This document shows, in pieces, positions 9,421 through 19,853 of a stretch of DNA of 64,000 bases (its first letter is position 1; each line of letters opens with the position of its first letter). A program made the translations under genes and the position numbers. The stretch spans positions 473,154 through 537,153 of the forward strand of contig JACPES010000003.1 in assembly GCA_016183365.1 (NCBI GenBank), written 5' to 3'. The notes under the pieces were generated by a model, which was not told the origin of the DNA, searched no databases, and worked only from the letters and a program-made list of their open reading frames with translations. The DNA comes from Candidatus Collierbacteria bacterium (GTDB lineage Bacteria; Patescibacteriota; Microgenomatia; UBA1400; JACPES01).

Positions 9421-10526
9421 AGAACAAAAAACAAAGAACAAAAAACAAAGAACAAAAAACGTTTCTTCTGACCGGAACGCATATCACTCCGGCGGTGGCT
9501 TTAACGCAGGAAATATTTTCCCGTTTCCCGGGGGTCAGGGTAGTTTATATCGGCCGGAAAAAAAATAAGAACGGAGAGAAGTCGGTGGAAAAAGAGGAGA
9601 TAACCAGAATAGGGGCTGAATTTATCCCAATTTCGTTTGCCAAACTTAACCGATTTATATCCATTTCAATTTTAACGGAGTTTCTTAAAATTCCCGGCGG
9701 GTTGATCCGGGGCTTAACCTTGGTTAAGCGAATAAAACCTGATGTAGTGGTGTCTTTTGGAGGTTATACGTCTATTCCGATTATTCTCGCCGCTAAAATA
9801 TCAGGCGTCCCGATTATTGTCCATGAGCAAACTTTAGTCTGGGGGCTGGCCAATAGAATAGCCAGGGGGCTGGCCGATTATTCCGCCATTTCCTGGGCTA
9901 AAACCGCTGATAAAAAGTCAGTTTTAACCGGAAATCCCATACCCGAGGAAATTATTTTGGCCAAAAATAAAAAAATCCAACCAAACATTTTATTTATTAC
10001 CGGCGGCAGTCAGGGATCTCAAACGATTAATCGTTTAGTTGAACCGATATTACCAGTTTTGACCAAATATTTTTTTGTTTATCATCAAACCGGAAGTTTA
10101 GATTCCCACTCCGCCAGCTGGCGGAGTGGAATGACGGAATCGCGGAAAATGAAAAATTACGTTTCTGCGGAGTGGTTTCCGACTCCAATCGTCGCCGAAA
10201 TTTTCCAAAAATCAAAGATTGTGGTCAGTCGGTCAGGAGCTAATACAATTACTTATCTATCCTATTTTGGAATTCCTTCAATATTAATCCCCTTGCCGAT
10301 TTCCGGCGGAGGAGAACAATCGGTCAATGCTAATTTGTTAGCCGAAACCGGTTTGGCCACAGTATTAAATCAGGACGGCTTAACCTCCGAAAAATTATTG
10401 GAGGAGATTCTACGGATTAATAAAAATTATGATAGGATTTGGAAATCGGGAGCTGAAAATGCCGGGCGGCTGATTATTTCCGACTCGGCCGCAAAATTAC
10501 TGGATCTGGTTGCCAAAGTCCTATGA
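9417..10526 (+). CDS. murG: undecaprenyldiphospho-muramoylpentapeptide beta-N-acetylglucosaminyltransferase
   Basis: LLTGTHITPAVAL (GGTGGH-like) and ITGGSQGSQTIN motifs. N-terminus encoded by an AACAAAGAACAAAAAAC microsatellite (KQRTKNKEQK). Confidence 0.8.
   Translation: MKNKKQRTKNKEQKTFLLTGTHITPAVALTQEIFSRFPGVRVVYIGRKKNKNGEKSVEKEEITRIGAEFIPISFAKLNRFISISILTEFLKIPGGLIRGLTLVKRIKPDVVVSFGGYTSIPIILAAKISGVPIIVHEQTLVWGLANRIARGLADYSAISWAKTADKKSVLTGNPIPEEIILAKNKKIQPNILFITGGSQGSQTINRLVEPILPVLTKYFFVYHQTGSLDSHSASWRSGMTESRKMKNYVSAEWFPTPIVAEIFQKSKIVVSRSGANTITYLSYFGIPSILIPLPISGGGEQSVNANLLAETGLATVLNQDGLTSEKLLEEILRINKNYDRIWKSGAENAGRLIISDSAAKLLDLVAKVL
9421..9455 (+). repeat. in-frame microsatellite (AACAAAGAACAAAAAAC)n at the murG N-terminus
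   Basis: Direct tandem copies visible. Confidence 0.7.
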
Positions 10527-11212
10527 TTAAAGTAGTTAAGTTCAGTCGTTCCCTGATTTTTGTCGGACTGGCCGGACTGATTTATTTAGGCACAAAATAT
10601 TTGACTATTCAGACAATTAAATGTCAGGTTGACGATTCGGCTTGTCCGCCGGATGTTTTTGCCGAATTATCCAGGAGTTACGGACAAAACGTCTATAAAG
10701 TCAGCCCCCCGGAACTGGAAGAAAAATTGTTGAAGGCTGATTTCAGATTAAAATCGGTCAAAGTCGGGTTGAGATTCCCCCTGACTTTGGCGGCGGAACT
10801 TAAAACCAGGATTCCGGTGGTTCAGATAGTAGCATCCAAAAATCTGTTTAAGGGATTATTAGTTGATGCGCAGGGAAGAATTGTGGCCGAAAGAGAAGTT
10901 GCAGGATTACCCCTGATAATTTGGAGTGAAATTTCTTCTTTCCTGCCCGGTCAGGATTTGCCAAGGGATTTGGTGTTAGCTATTCCAACCGTAAATGAAA
11001 TTTATTCTCTTTTTTCCCCCGACTCGGTGGAAATATTAAATGAAACGATAATTTTTTATTTGTCTGAAAAGACTAAAGTAAAATATCCGCTGGCCGGACC
11101 AGCTGATAAGTTGGTATCCTTGCAACTCTGGATGAATCAGGCTAGAATAAAGAATCAACCGGCGCCGTCAGAGATTGATTTAAGATTTAATTATCCGGTA
11201 ATTAAAAACTAA
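10523..11212 (+). CDS. ftsQ: cell division protein FtsQ/DivIB-like (POTRA)
   Basis: Single N-terminal TM helix followed by a beta-rich periplasmic domain. Conserved dcw position between murG and ftsA. Sequence is divergent. Confidence 0.5.
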   Translation: MIKVVKFSRSLIFVGLAGLIYLGTKYLTIQTIKCQVDDSACPPDVFAELSRSYGQNVYKVSPPELEEKLLKADFRLKSVKVGLRFPLTLAAELKTRIPVVQIVASKNLFKGLLVDAQGRIVAEREVAGLPLIIWSEISSFLPGQDLPRDLVLAIPTVNEIYSLFSPDSVEILNETIIFYLSEKTKVKYPLAGPADKLVSLQLWMNQARIKNQPAPSEIDLRFNYPVIKN

Positions 11213-12526
11213 TTGCCAAAAAAAGAATATATGGTGAAATCGCAGTCTTTAGTTGGGATAGACATCGGGAGCAGTAAGATTACCACTTTAATCGCTCTTC
11301 GCTCAACAGAAACTCAGAGTATAAATGTGGTTGGAGTAGCTAGTTTGCCTTCAACCGGAGTAAAAAAATCTCAAATCGTAGATATTGACGCTGCCATTAA
11401 GTCCATTACCGCTTCGGTCGAGGCTGCCGAGAGAATGGCGGGGTTATCTATTTCCAAAGCGTTTATAAATATCGGCGGGTCCCTAATTGCCAGCCGGAAC
11501 AGCACCGGGGTGGTGGCTGTATCCGAACCGGAAGGAGAAATTACTGAAAGCGACGTCCGGAGAGTGATCGACTCGGCCCGGGCGGTATCTTTGCCGGCGG
11601 CCCAGGAAGTCCTGCATGTTTTACCGCGGCAATATAAAGTTGACGGTCAGGAAGGGATTAAGGATCCGGTCAGCATGACCGGAGTCAGGTTGGAGGCCGA
11701 AGCCCATTTGGTTTTAGGATCGACCACTTCAATTAGAAATTTAACCAAGTGTGTGACCGAATTAGGGATAGGGGTTGAAGGGTTGGTTTACAGTGGTTTG
11801 GCGGCATCCGAATCGGTCTTGACAGCTACTGAAAAAGAATTGGGAGTAGTTTTGGTAGACATCGGCGGCGGAACTACTTCCATCGCCATTTGGGTTGATG
11901 GATCGTTGGCTCATTCGGCAGTTTTGCCGATTGGGGCTAAAAATATTACCAATGATTTGGCTATAGGCATGAGGTTGGGTTTGGATGTGGCAGAAGAAGT
12001 TAAAAAGCATTTAGGCGATAAACTGAAGGCGCAGGTTTCAGACAAAGAAGAAAAAGACGGAGATTTCAAAGAAGGCGATTTGGATTTAGCCAAATTCGGA
12101 GCCGAAGAGCACATCAAAGCTTCCAGGAAAACTTTGGTCGAGGGAATCATCAGGCCCAGACTCCAAGAAATATTTTCGATGGTGGGGGAGTCGATTAAGG
12201 AATCCGGGTTTGGCGGCAGAACCCCGGCCGGAATAGTGATTACCGGCGGCGGGGCTAAAACTGTCGAGGTTGATACAATTTGTAAAAGGGTATTGTCTAT
12301 GCCCACCAGAGTCGGATCTCCCCATACCCTGAATGGTTTAGTAGACGATGTTCGTCGGGAGCCTGCATACGCGGTGAGCGAGGGTTTGATTTTATACGCC
12401 TCTAAATCGAGCGCTCCGTTGTCCCGAACCGGCGGTGGCATTTCGATTGTCAGGGGAATTACGGATAAGCTGCCAAAAGGAATGTTTGGCCGGGCGATAG
12501 AGTTTGTTAAACAATTCCTTCCATAA
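11213..12526 (+). CDS. ftsA: cell division protein FtsA
   Basis: Actin-fold phosphate-1 motif VGIDIGSSKITTLIA, VLVDIGGGTTSIAIW and GIVITGGGA. TTG start at 11213, or the ATG at 11231. Confidence 0.85.
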   Translation: MPKKEYMVKSQSLVGIDIGSSKITTLIALRSTETQSINVVGVASLPSTGVKKSQIVDIDAAIKSITASVEAAERMAGLSISKAFINIGGSLIASRNSTGVVAVSEPEGEITESDVRRVIDSARAVSLPAAQEVLHVLPRQYKVDGQEGIKDPVSMTGVRLEAEAHLVLGSTTSIRNLTKCVTELGIGVEGLVYSGLAASESVLTATEKELGVVLVDIGGGTTSIAIWVDGSLAHSAVLPIGAKNITNDLAIGMRLGLDVAEEVKKHLGDKLKAQVSDKEEKDGDFKEGDLDLAKFGAEEHIKASRKTLVEGIIRPRLQEIFSMVGESIKESGFGGRTPAGIVITGGGAKTVEVDTICKRVLSMPTRVGSPHTLNGLVDDVRREPAYAVSEGLILYASKSSAPLSRTGGGISIVRGITDKLPKGMFGRAIEFVKQFLP

Positions 12527-12650
12527 GCGATACGAATGGCACGGATAAGCATACGAATGATACGAATATTTGTGTAATTCGTATACGATTCGCCAGCCCG
12601 CCTGGACTTCGTCCATGCGAAGTGGTATCGCTTTTTCGTGGATTAGCATC
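12527..12650 (+). repeat. CGAATG-family element (C type) in the ftsA-ftsZ spacer
   Basis: GCGATACGAATGGCACGGATAAGCATACGAATGATACGAATATTTGTGTAATTCGTATACGATTCGCCAGCCCGCCTGGACTTCGTCCATGCGAAGTGGTATCGC. Confidence 0.7.
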
Positions 12651-12693
12651 GCTACTGGTTTTTGGGTAAACTTCTGTTATACTGGGAGTAAAC

Positions 12694-13815
12694 ATGGGAT
12701 TGGTTAAGCCTGATATCAATACTTTTGCCAAAATTAAAGTCATCGGAGTCGGTGGCGGAGGCAGCAATGCCGTGTCTTCAATGGTGGCCTTAAAAAGCAT
12801 CAAGGGAGTGGATTTTGTGTGCATCAATACCGATGCCCAAGCGTTATTGACCTCGCAGACGCCGATCAAAATTCAAATCGGAGACAATTTAACCAAGGGT
12901 TTGGGGTCCGGCGCCAATCCCGCGGTCGGCAGGCAGGCAGCCGAGGAATCTTACGATAAAATTAAGGATTTATTGTTGGATACGGATATGGTATTTATCA
13001 CCGCCGGAATGGGTGGCGGCACCGGGACCGGCGGAGCTCCGGTTATAGCTCAGATTGCCAAAGAAGTCGGGGCCTTGACAGTAGCGGTGGTCACCAAACC
13101 GTTTATGTTTGAAGGAGCCCGCAGACGGTTGACGGCCGAAGAAGGAATTGAGGAATTAAAGAAGACCGTGGATACTCTGATCGTAATCCCTAACCAAAGA
13201 TTGATGGATGTCATCGACAAAAAGATGACCCTTTTGGAAGCGTTTAGAATCGCCGACTCCATTCTTGGCCAGGGGGTGCAGGGAATTTCCGACCTAATTA
13301 CGATTCCGGGGTTGATTAATGTCGATTTTGCCGATGTCAAAACGATTATGACCGATGCCGGTTCGGCCTTGATGGGGATTGGCAGCGGGACCGGGGAAAA
13401 CCGAGCCGCCATAGCGGCCAGGGCGGCCATCAACAGCTCTCTTTTGGAAGTTAGTCTGGAAGGGGCCAAGGGGATTCTTTACAACATTTATGGCGGTCCT
13501 ACACTATCGATGTTTGAAGTCAATGAAGCTTCTGAAATTATCGCCCAAGCCGCCGATCCGGACGCCAATATTATTTTCGGAGCAACTATTGATGAGGAAA
13601 TGGACGATCAGGTCAGAATTACGGTTATAGGCACCGGATTTGACGTCCACCAACGGACTTTACGCCAGTTTGTATCTACCCAACCTCAAAATCAGAAGTC
13701 TACCAACGGAACCGCCACGATTCAATCCGACGATCAGGATGATGTTACCGGCAACGGTGAGGTAAAAAGTGAAGATGAGTTCGATATTCCCGCCTTTTTG
13801 AGAAGAGGGCGGTAG
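12694..13815 (+). CDS. ftsZ: cell division GTPase FtsZ
   Basis: [14 protein letters not shown], tubulin signature [13 protein letters not shown], acidic C-terminal tail with conserved DIPAFLRR. Confidence 0.95.
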   Translation: MGLVKPDINTFAKIKVIGVGGGGSNAVSSMVALKSIKGVDFVCINTDAQALLTSQTPIKIQIGDNLTKGLGSGANPAVGRQAAEESYDKIKDLLLDTDMVFITAGMGGGTGTGGAPVIAQIAKEVGALTVAVVTKPFMFEGARRRLTAEEGIEELKKTVDTLIVIPNQRLMDVIDKKMTLLEAFRIADSILGQGVQGISDLITIPGLINVDFADVKTIMTDAGSALMGIGSGTGENRAAIAARAAINSSLLEVSLEGAKGILYNIYGGPTLSMFEVNEASEIIAQAADPDANIIFGATIDEEMDDQVRITVIGTGFDVHQRTLRQFVSTQPQNQKSTNGTATIQSDDQDDVTGNGEVKSEDEFDIPAFLRRGR

Positions 13816-13875
13816 GGCGATCCCAATCTAGGAATGCATCCGAATGATCCGAATAATGTAGAATGTGCGAGTGAA
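13816..13875 (+). repeat. CGAATG-family element, partial (left half), ftsZ-downstream
   Basis: GGGCGATCCCAATCTAGGAATGCATCCGAATGATCCGAATAATGTAGAATGTGCG. Confidence 0.55.
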
Positions 13876-14274
13876 GAATTTGGTTCATGCAAAATTATCT
13901 TACGATCTTACCGGAATATTTTTTGCATTCACAACGAGTTGGGAAGATATTGTCGGGAAAAGCAATACGGCGATCGCTTAGAATTGTTATTGCGGGAAGC
14001 TAAATTTGAGTTTTCCCGCGCAGTAGACTTGTCATCATTCGGCCACTCATTAGTTAAAGGTAATCGGGCAGATTTTGTTGTGGATAATAAGATAGTTGTT
14101 GATTTGAAAACAAAGCCGGTAATTACCAAAGAAGATTATAATCAAATGCAACGTTATTTAAAAGGATCCTGGCTTGAATTGGGTTTAATTGTAAATTTCA
14201 GGAATAAGTATCTTAAACCGAAGAGAGTGCTTAATATCGAAAGGTTTCATTCGGATAATTCTGATCGCTTATGA
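13834..14274 (+). CDS. GxxExxY family protein (PD-(D/E)xK-like); N-terminal ~25 aa read from a repeat element
   Basis: C-terminal two-thirds match the GxxExxY family pattern (RADFVVDNKIVVDLKTK ... LGLIVNFRNKYLKPKRV). The 5' end overlaps a CGAATG-family repeat. Confidence 0.45.
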   Translation: MHPNDPNNVECASEEFGSCKIILRSYRNIFCIHNELGRYCREKQYGDRLELLLREAKFEFSRAVDLSSFGHSLVKGNRADFVVDNKIVVDLKTKPVITKEDYNQMQRYLKGSWLELGLIVNFRNKYLKPKRVLNIERFHSDNSDRL

Positions 14275-17200
14275 GAAAATCAGCATTAATGCCGTCACTA
14301 TTCCAGGAAATCCCTCCACATCCTGACTTTATAAAAATAGAGGAGGAATTGTTGGACCATTGGTATCGGGACGGGATTGTTAAAAAATATCTTCATAAAA
14401 ACGATAAATCTCCGACAAAGTTTTCTTTCTTGGACGGGCCGATAACCGCCAATAATCCGATGGGCGTCCATCATGGCCGGGGCCGGTCGTATAAAGATTT
14501 ATGGCAAAAATATCATACCATGAAGGGCGACAGGGGAAGATATCAAAATGGTTTTGATTGTCAGGGGCTATGGGTGGAAGTTGAAGTGGAAAAGGAATTG
14601 GGCTTCAAGAACAAAAAAGAAATATTAACTTACGGAGTGGAGAAATTTGTCCAAAAGTGTCGGGAAAGAGCCTTGAAGTTTGCCGCCGTTCAAACAGAAC
14701 AGAGCAAACGTTTAGGGATGTGGGCTGATTGGGGAAATGATTATTACACCATGTCCGACGAAAACAATTATGCCATCTGGAATTTTCTTAAAGTTTGCCA
14801 TCAGCGGGGATGGATATATAAAGGAAATGATTCGGTGCCGTGGTGTCCACGGTGCGAGACCGCGATTAGTCAACACGAAATGTTGACGGAAGACTATAAG
14901 CAGGTGACGCATAAGGCGATATATTTGGAATTGCCGATAACAAAAAACAAAAAACAAAAAACGAAAAACAAGGAAAATGAATATCTATTGATTTGGACCA
15001 CTACGCCGTGGACGATTCCGGCCAATATTGCGGTGGCGGTGGATGAGAAGCTGGAATATGCGCTGGTAAAAGGCAAAACCGGAGATAAATTTTGGATTGC
15101 CAAAGACGCTGTGGACAGAGTTTTCGGGAGTGAACACCAGGGAATAGTCAAAATCGTTAAGGGAAAAGAATTGGTGGGATTGAAATACCGCGGACCCTTT
15201 GATGATTTGCCGACGGTGAAAAAAGTAGCAGAAGAATTTCCGGATAAATTTCACACCGTTGTTCCGGCTGATCCATTAATTCTGTCGATAACCGTTACCG
15301 ACGGAACAGGATTGGTACATACAGCGGTTTCGGCCGGAAGCGAAGATTTTAAATTGGGTAAGAAGCTTGGTTTGCCGATGGTGCCGGTCATCGCGGATAA
15401 CGCTGATTATTTAGACGGATTAGGATTTTTAACCGGAAAAAATGGCAAGAAGAACCCGGCACTGATTCTGGATTATCTTGCCGAGAGAGATAAGTCAGCC
15501 GGAGAAAACTGGGTTTTTGAAATTCAGGATTATCCACACCGTTATCCGGCGTGCTGGAGGTGTAAAACCGAATTGGTATGGAAAGTGACGGATGAATGGT
15601 ATATAGCGATGGATAAGCCCCAAAAGGAATCTTACTTCGGCTCGTGGTCTACGTCCACGCAGCCGAAGAACGATCCTTCGAGGTTCGGTCGTACCAGCGA
15701 ATTTTTGCAGAGCAAAAATCCGGGTCCGTCCGAAAAATCAAAGACGCTTAGGGAGCAGATGAAAGAAGTGACGAAGCAAATCAGGTGGATACCGGGATTT
15801 GGTTTAGACAGAGAATTGGATTGGTTGAATAATATGCATGATTGGTTGATCTCTAAAAAGAATAGGTTTTGGGGATTGGCTTTGCCGATTTGGGAATGCG
15901 ATAAATGCGGATATTTTGATGTAATCGGGGGAAAAAATGAACTTCGTGAAATGGCTGTGAAAGGATTGGATAAATTTAATGGTCATTCTCCGCATAAACC
16001 ATGGATTGATGAGATAAAAATGAAATGCGATAAATGCGAGTCTATGATGTCACGGATAGAACCGGTGGGAAATCCTTGGTTGGATGCCGGAATAGTTCCG
16101 TTTTCGACACTACCCGAAGATTGGTTTCCGGCGGATTTTATTACGGAGTCTTTTCCCGGCCAGTTTAAAAATTGGTTCTATTCGTTGATAGTTATGTCAA
16201 CTGTTTTGGCCGGAAAAAATCCGTTCAAAACAGTTTTGGGATTTGAATCAGTGGTGGGTGAAGACGGCCGGCCGATGCATAAAAGCTGGGGAAACGCGAT
16301 TAATTTTAACGAAGGGGCCGGCAAAATTGGGGTAGATGTTATGCGCTGGATGTATGCCAAAGTCTCTCCTACTTTTGTTTTACCATTCGGATATAAGACA
16401 GGCGATGAAATCAGGAGAAGATTTTTGCTTATTTTATGGAACTCTTTCAGGTTTTTTGTGACCAATGCCAAGGCGGATGGGTGGAAGCCGCAACGATTTA
16501 CGATTTACGATCCTTCGACAGACTCAGGACAAGTTTTACGGTTTACGAATGTCTTGGATAGATGGATATTGGCACGATTGGATGAAACGATCGAAAAAGT
16601 TACCGATTCATTGGATGACTACCAATCGGCGCCGGCAACAGAGGCCTTGGAAAAATTTACCGAAGATTTTTCAACTTGGTATATCAGAAGATCAAGAGAT
16701 AGGGTAGGGCCAACGGCCGGAGGACAGGATAAAGAAAACTGTTATCAAGCCATGTATTCGGTTTTGACCACTTTGTGCCGGTTGTTGGCCCCGTTTATGC
16801 CGTTTATAACCGACTATATGTATATGAATTTAACCGGAGAAGAATCGGTGCATTTGGCGGAATGGCCGGAGGCAAAAAGCAAAGAGCAAAAAACAAAAAG
16901 CAACCAGGAAATTATTGATCGGATGCGGCAAGTTAGGGAAATAGTGGGGTTAGGTCACGCCCAAAGGAAACTGGCGGGAATTCCTTTGCGCCAACCATTG
17001 TCGTCTATAACCGTTTCCGGTCCTGCTATCAATCCGCCTTTTGAGCAGGAGTTTATCAGTTTGATGGCTGATGAATTAAATGTCGAAAAAGTGATTTTTG
17101 AAACCGGAAGTTCACAGGAGTTAGAAGTTAAGCTAGACACTCAATTAACTTCGGAACTCAAGGTCAAAGGAAGGGCCCGGGAGATTATCCGGACGATCCA

Positions 17201-17345
17201 AAAAATGCGCAAAGAAAAGGGTGTGGGTTTGAGTGATGAAATTTCGGTCGAATTGCCGGAGTGGCCGAAGGAATTTGAAGACCAAATTAAAAAATCCACC
17301 CTAGCTGTTAAGATTGAATTCGGAAAAAAGCCGAAATTGAAATGA
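14271..17345 (+). CDS. ileS: isoleucyl-tRNA synthetase (class I), carrying three in-frame repeat insertions
   Basis: 1024 aa. HIGH-region analogue PITANNPMGVHHGRG, KMSKS-like MHKSWGN, CWRC zinc-knuckle editing/anticodon regions. Valyl-tRNA synthetase cannot be fully excluded by eye. Confidence 0.7.
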   Translation: MRKSALMPSLFQEIPPHPDFIKIEEELLDHWYRDGIVKKYLHKNDKSPTKFSFLDGPITANNPMGVHHGRGRSYKDLWQKYHTMKGDRGRYQNGFDCQGLWVEVEVEKELGFKNKKEILTYGVEKFVQKCRERALKFAAVQTEQSKRLGMWADWGNDYYTMSDENNYAIWNFLKVCHQRGWIYKGNDSVPWCPRCETAISQHEMLTEDYKQVTHKAIYLELPITKNKKQKTKNKENEYLLIWTTTPWTIPANIAVAVDEKLEYALVKGKTGDKFWIAKDAVDRVFGSEHQGIVKIVKGKELVGLKYRGPFDDLPTVKKVAEEFPDKFHTVVPADPLILSITVTDGTGLVHTAVSAGSEDFKLGKKLGLPMVPVIADNADYLDGLGFLTGKNGKKNPALILDYLAERDKSAGENWVFEIQDYPHRYPACWRCKTELVWKVTDEWYIAMDKPQKESYFGSWSTSTQPKNDPSRFGRTSEFLQSKNPGPSEKSKTLREQMKEVTKQIRWIPGFGLDRELDWLNNMHDWLISKKNRFWGLALPIWECDKCGYFDVIGGKNELREMAVKGLDKFNGHSPHKPWIDEIKMKCDKCESMMSRIEPVGNPWLDAGIVPFSTLPEDWFPADFITESFPGQFKNWFYSLIVMSTVLAGKNPFKTVLGFESVVGEDGRPMHKSWGNAINFNEGAGKIGVDVMRWMYAKVSPTFVLPFGYKTGDEIRRRFLLILWNSFRFFVTNAKADGWKPQRFTIYDPSTDSGQVLRFTNVLDRWILARLDETIEKVTDSLDDYQSAPATEALEKFTEDFSTWYIRRSRDRVGPTAGGQDKENCYQAMYSVLTTLCRLLAPFMPFITDYMYMNLTGEESVHLAEWPEAKSKEQKTKSNQEIIDRMRQVREIVGLGHAQRKLAGIPLRQPLSSITVSGPAINPPFEQEFISLMADELNVEKVIFETGSSQELEVKLDTQLTSELKVKGRAREIIRTIQKMRKEKGVGLSDEISVELPEWPKEFEDQIKKSTLAVKIEFGKKPKLK
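14935..14978 (+). repeat. in-frame ACAAAAAAC-type microsatellite in ileS
   Basis: CAAAAAACAAAAAACAAAAAACGAAAAACAAGG, encoding KNKKQKTKNKE. Confidence 0.7.
15633..15738 (+). repeat. Element A copy 2, in frame inside ileS
   Basis: CTTCGGCTCGTGGTCTACGTCCACGCAGCCGAAG...GGTTCGGTCGTACCAGCGAATTTTTGCAGAGCAAAAATCCGGGTCCGTCCGAAAA. Translated as FGSWSTSTQPKNDPSRFGRTSEFLQSKNPGPSEKS. Confidence 0.8.
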
Positions 17346-18409
17346 AAAGTTTAGTCCTCATTCTTCTTGCCTCTTCCATGTTATTAGGTTTGGGGTTAAT
17401 GATGCTTTTGAGCATTGCTCCGGAAAAAGTTCTGCCCCAGGCTCTATTTGCGGTTTTCTCGTTATTGGCGGGTTGGGTAGTTTTTAAGTTGGGGATTAAA
17501 AACCTCTTACCTTTTGTGTGGATAGCTTATATCGGGATCTTGGTTTTATTAATTCTGACTTTGATATACGGAAAAGCCGCCAAGGGTTCTTCCAGATGGA
17601 TTAAGGTGGGTTCCTTCCAGTTCCAGGCCAGCGAGTTGGCCAAACCGATTTTGTTGTTGGCATCAATTAAATTAATAGGATCCGGCTGGCCTATCTCTTC
17701 CAAAAAACAAATCGGATTATTGGTTAAATACGGTCTGGTTTTATTCTTCCCGTTTAGCTTGATCATAGCTCAGCCGGACCTAGGCTCGGCCTTAGTGCTA
17801 ATGGCCATAGCCGCTTGGATTTTTATGGCCACTTCACCACCTAAAGGTTTGTTAATCGGGTTAGGGGTTGCAGGGTTAATTTGTTTACCGTTATCCAAGT
17901 TTGGTCTGAAAGACTATCAATTACTAAGGTTGCAGTCATTTATCAATCCGTATTCTGATCCGTTAGGATCAGGCTATCATGTAATTCAGTCGACAATTGC
18001 AGTAGGATCGGGTGAAATATTCGGCCGGGGTTTGGGTTTCGGGACTCAAGGGAAATTGCGTTTTTTGCCTGAACGTCAAACCGATTTCATTTTTGCCAAT
18101 TTGGTAGAAGAATTGGGATTGGCTGGAGGGGTAACGGTGATAGGGTTGTATTCCATCATAGTCGGGATTTGCTTTTGGGAAGCCGTTAAATCCCGTAAAC
18201 CTACAGAAAGATTGATTTTTTCCGGAATCGGGGTTTGGCTGTTTTTTCAAACTTCGGTAAATATAGCCATGAATTTGGGTATTGTGCCGGTAACAGGGGT
18301 GACTTTACCTTTGTTGTCTTATGGCGGAAGTTCATTACTGTCCTCGGCGATAACTTTGGCTTTAGCCTTTTCGGCAATGAATAATCGTGAATTGGGAAGC
18401 TGGGGTTGA
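17342..18409 (+). CDS. second SEDS family protein (RodA/FtsW paralog)
   Basis: QPDLGSALVLMAIAAWIFMA and LPLLSYGGSSLL motifs, 10 TM helices. Confidence 0.7.
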   Translation: MKSLVLILLASSMLLGLGLMMLLSIAPEKVLPQALFAVFSLLAGWVVFKLGIKNLLPFVWIAYIGILVLLILTLIYGKAAKGSSRWIKVGSFQFQASELAKPILLLASIKLIGSGWPISSKKQIGLLVKYGLVLFFPFSLIIAQPDLGSALVLMAIAAWIFMATSPPKGLLIGLGVAGLICLPLSKFGLKDYQLLRLQSFINPYSDPLGSGYHVIQSTIAVGSGEIFGRGLGFGTQGKLRFLPERQTDFIFANLVEELGLAGGVTVIGLYSIIVGICFWEAVKSRKPTERLIFSGIGVWLFFQTSVNIAMNLGIVPVTGVTLPLLSYGGSSLLSSAITLALAFSAMNNRELGSWG

Positions 18410-18440
18410 AATTTACTTGTCTTTAAGCTATATTTAACGG

Positions 18441-18761
18441 GTGAAATACGCAATAATCAAAGCCGGCGGGTCTCAATATCAGGTTTCCGAAGGTCAAGAA
18501 ATCGATATTTTTAATTTAGATAAGGAAAAAGATGAGGTTATGGTTTTCGATTCAGTGCTATTGGTAAAAGATGAGGAAAGGATATCGATTGGTCAGCCCA
18601 CAGTCAAAGGAACCAGTGTTAAAGGCAAAGTGATCGATCAAATTTTGGGAGATAAAATCAGAATCGCAACTTATAAAGCCAAATCCCGTTATCGCAAGGT
18701 AAAGGGGCATCGTGATCAATTGACCAGAGTATTGATAGAAAATATTGATGTAAAGGACTAA
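18441..18761 (+). CDS. rplU: 50S ribosomal protein L21
   Basis: [21 protein letters not shown]... canonical L21 N-terminus. Confidence 0.9.
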   Translation: MKYAIIKAGGSQYQVSEGQEIDIFNLDKEKDEVMVFDSVLLVKDEERISIGQPTVKGTSVKGKVIDQILGDKIRIATYKAKSRYRKVKGHRDQLTRVLIENIDVKD

Positions 18762-18762
18762 A

Positions 18763-19023
18763 ATGGCACATACAAAAGCCGGTGGAAAAACCAGACAGCA
18801 CAAGCAAAGAGCGGGGAAAAGACTGGGCGTTAAAAAATACGGCGGAGAGGAAGTAAATACCGGACAAATAATTCTCAGGCAGCGAGGAATGAGCATTCAT
18901 CCCGGAAAAAATGTCGGATACGGCCGCGATTATACTTTGTTTGCCAAAACCAAAGGTAAAGTAGAATTTTTAATCAGAAAAGGCAAATCAACGGTTTCAG
19001 TTCTTTCCGGAGGATCGGTATGA
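18763..19023 (+). CDS. rpmA: 50S ribosomal protein L27
   Basis: [12 protein letters not shown]...[11 protein letters not shown]...[16 protein letters not shown]. Confidence 0.9.
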   Translation: MAHTKAGGKTRQHKQRAGKRLGVKKYGGEEVNTGQIILRQRGMSIHPGKNVGYGRDYTLFAKTKGKVEFLIRKGKSTVSVLSGGSV

Positions 19024-19853
19024 TGCCGGATTACCGTCAGGTGACTGAATTGTCTATCAATCATCTTCAGCCTAATCCGCTTCAGCCGAGAGGAGCTGTT
19101 TCCGGCGATGAACTTCAAGATTTGGCGGCTTCGATCAGGGAGCATGGAATCTTAGAACCGTTGGTAGTGGCTCATACCCCGGCGGGTTATCAAATCGTGG
19201 CCGGTGAACGGCGGTGGCGGGCGGCTAAAATCGCGGGGTTGGAAACGGTCCCGGTAATAATTAAGGAAACCAGCCCGACCGGGATGTTGGAAATGGCGTT
19301 GGTAGAGAATGTCCAGCGGACCGACCTAAATCCATTAGAACGCGCCAAAGCTTTTGAAAGATTAATGAACGATTTTTCGATGAGTGTGGCTGATATTGCC
19401 AGAAGGATCAGTAAATCTTCATCTTTTGTTTCTAATACTATTCGGTTATTAATTTTGCCGGATGCCGTTAAAGACGGGTTAATCTCCGGATTGATTACTG
19501 AAGGTCACGCCAGAGCCTTGCTGGGAATTCCGGATGTTAAGGAAATGATCGAAGTGTATAAGATCTTACTGAAAGAGTCAGCTAACGTCAGGCGGGCGGA
19601 AGAATTGGCGAGAAGAGTCAAGGAAAAAATGGGTGATCACAGAGCCAGGAATCAGAATCAGCAGTTTATTGTTTCAGATCAGATCGACCTGATGGAAAAA
19701 AACCTGCTAACGGATTTAGCTAAAACCTTGACTAAGGCAAAAGTTAAATTGACCCGTTCACGGGTGGAAACTAAATTGATAATTGTTTTGAAGGGAACTC
19801 CGGAAGAAACAGAAGAGACATTGCAGAGAATAGTTAAAGGCGTTTCGGCCTAG
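19020..19853 (+). CDS. parB: ParB/Spo0J chromosome partitioning protein
   Basis: ParB box LEPLVV...[28 protein letters not shown] region, C-terminal dimerisation region. Confidence 0.8.
   Translation: MMPDYRQVTELSINHLQPNPLQPRGAVSGDELQDLAASIREHGILEPLVVAHTPAGYQIVAGERRWRAAKIAGLETVPVIIKETSPTGMLEMALVENVQRTDLNPLERAKAFERLMNDFSMSVADIARRISKSSSFVSNTIRLLILPDAVKDGLISGLITEGHARALLGIPDVKEMIEVYKILLKESANVRRAEELARRVKEKMGDHRARNQNQQFIVSDQIDLMEKNLLTDLAKTLTKAKVKLTRSRVETKLIIVLKGTPEETEETLQRIVKGVSA

Noticed and set aside
11911-12552. 213-aa minus-strand ORF antisense to ftsA (similar antisense ORFs at 1800-2135, 12507-12869, 13050-13469, 25140-25529, 57049-57537, 59789-60163)
   Set aside because: Each lies entirely within a strongly supported plus-strand gene (ftsA, murC, ftsZ, GT4, atpA, atpD). 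The translations are low-complexity or Pro/Ser-rich with no recognisable motifs. They are typical shadow ORFs.
19020-19853. Searched for a parS site (TGTTTCACGTGAAACA-like) near parB and around the rplU promoter region
   Set aside because: No 16-bp parS-like palindrome was seen in or near parB. The nearest resemblance (CCCGTTCACGGGTGG at about 19755) does not match the consensus.
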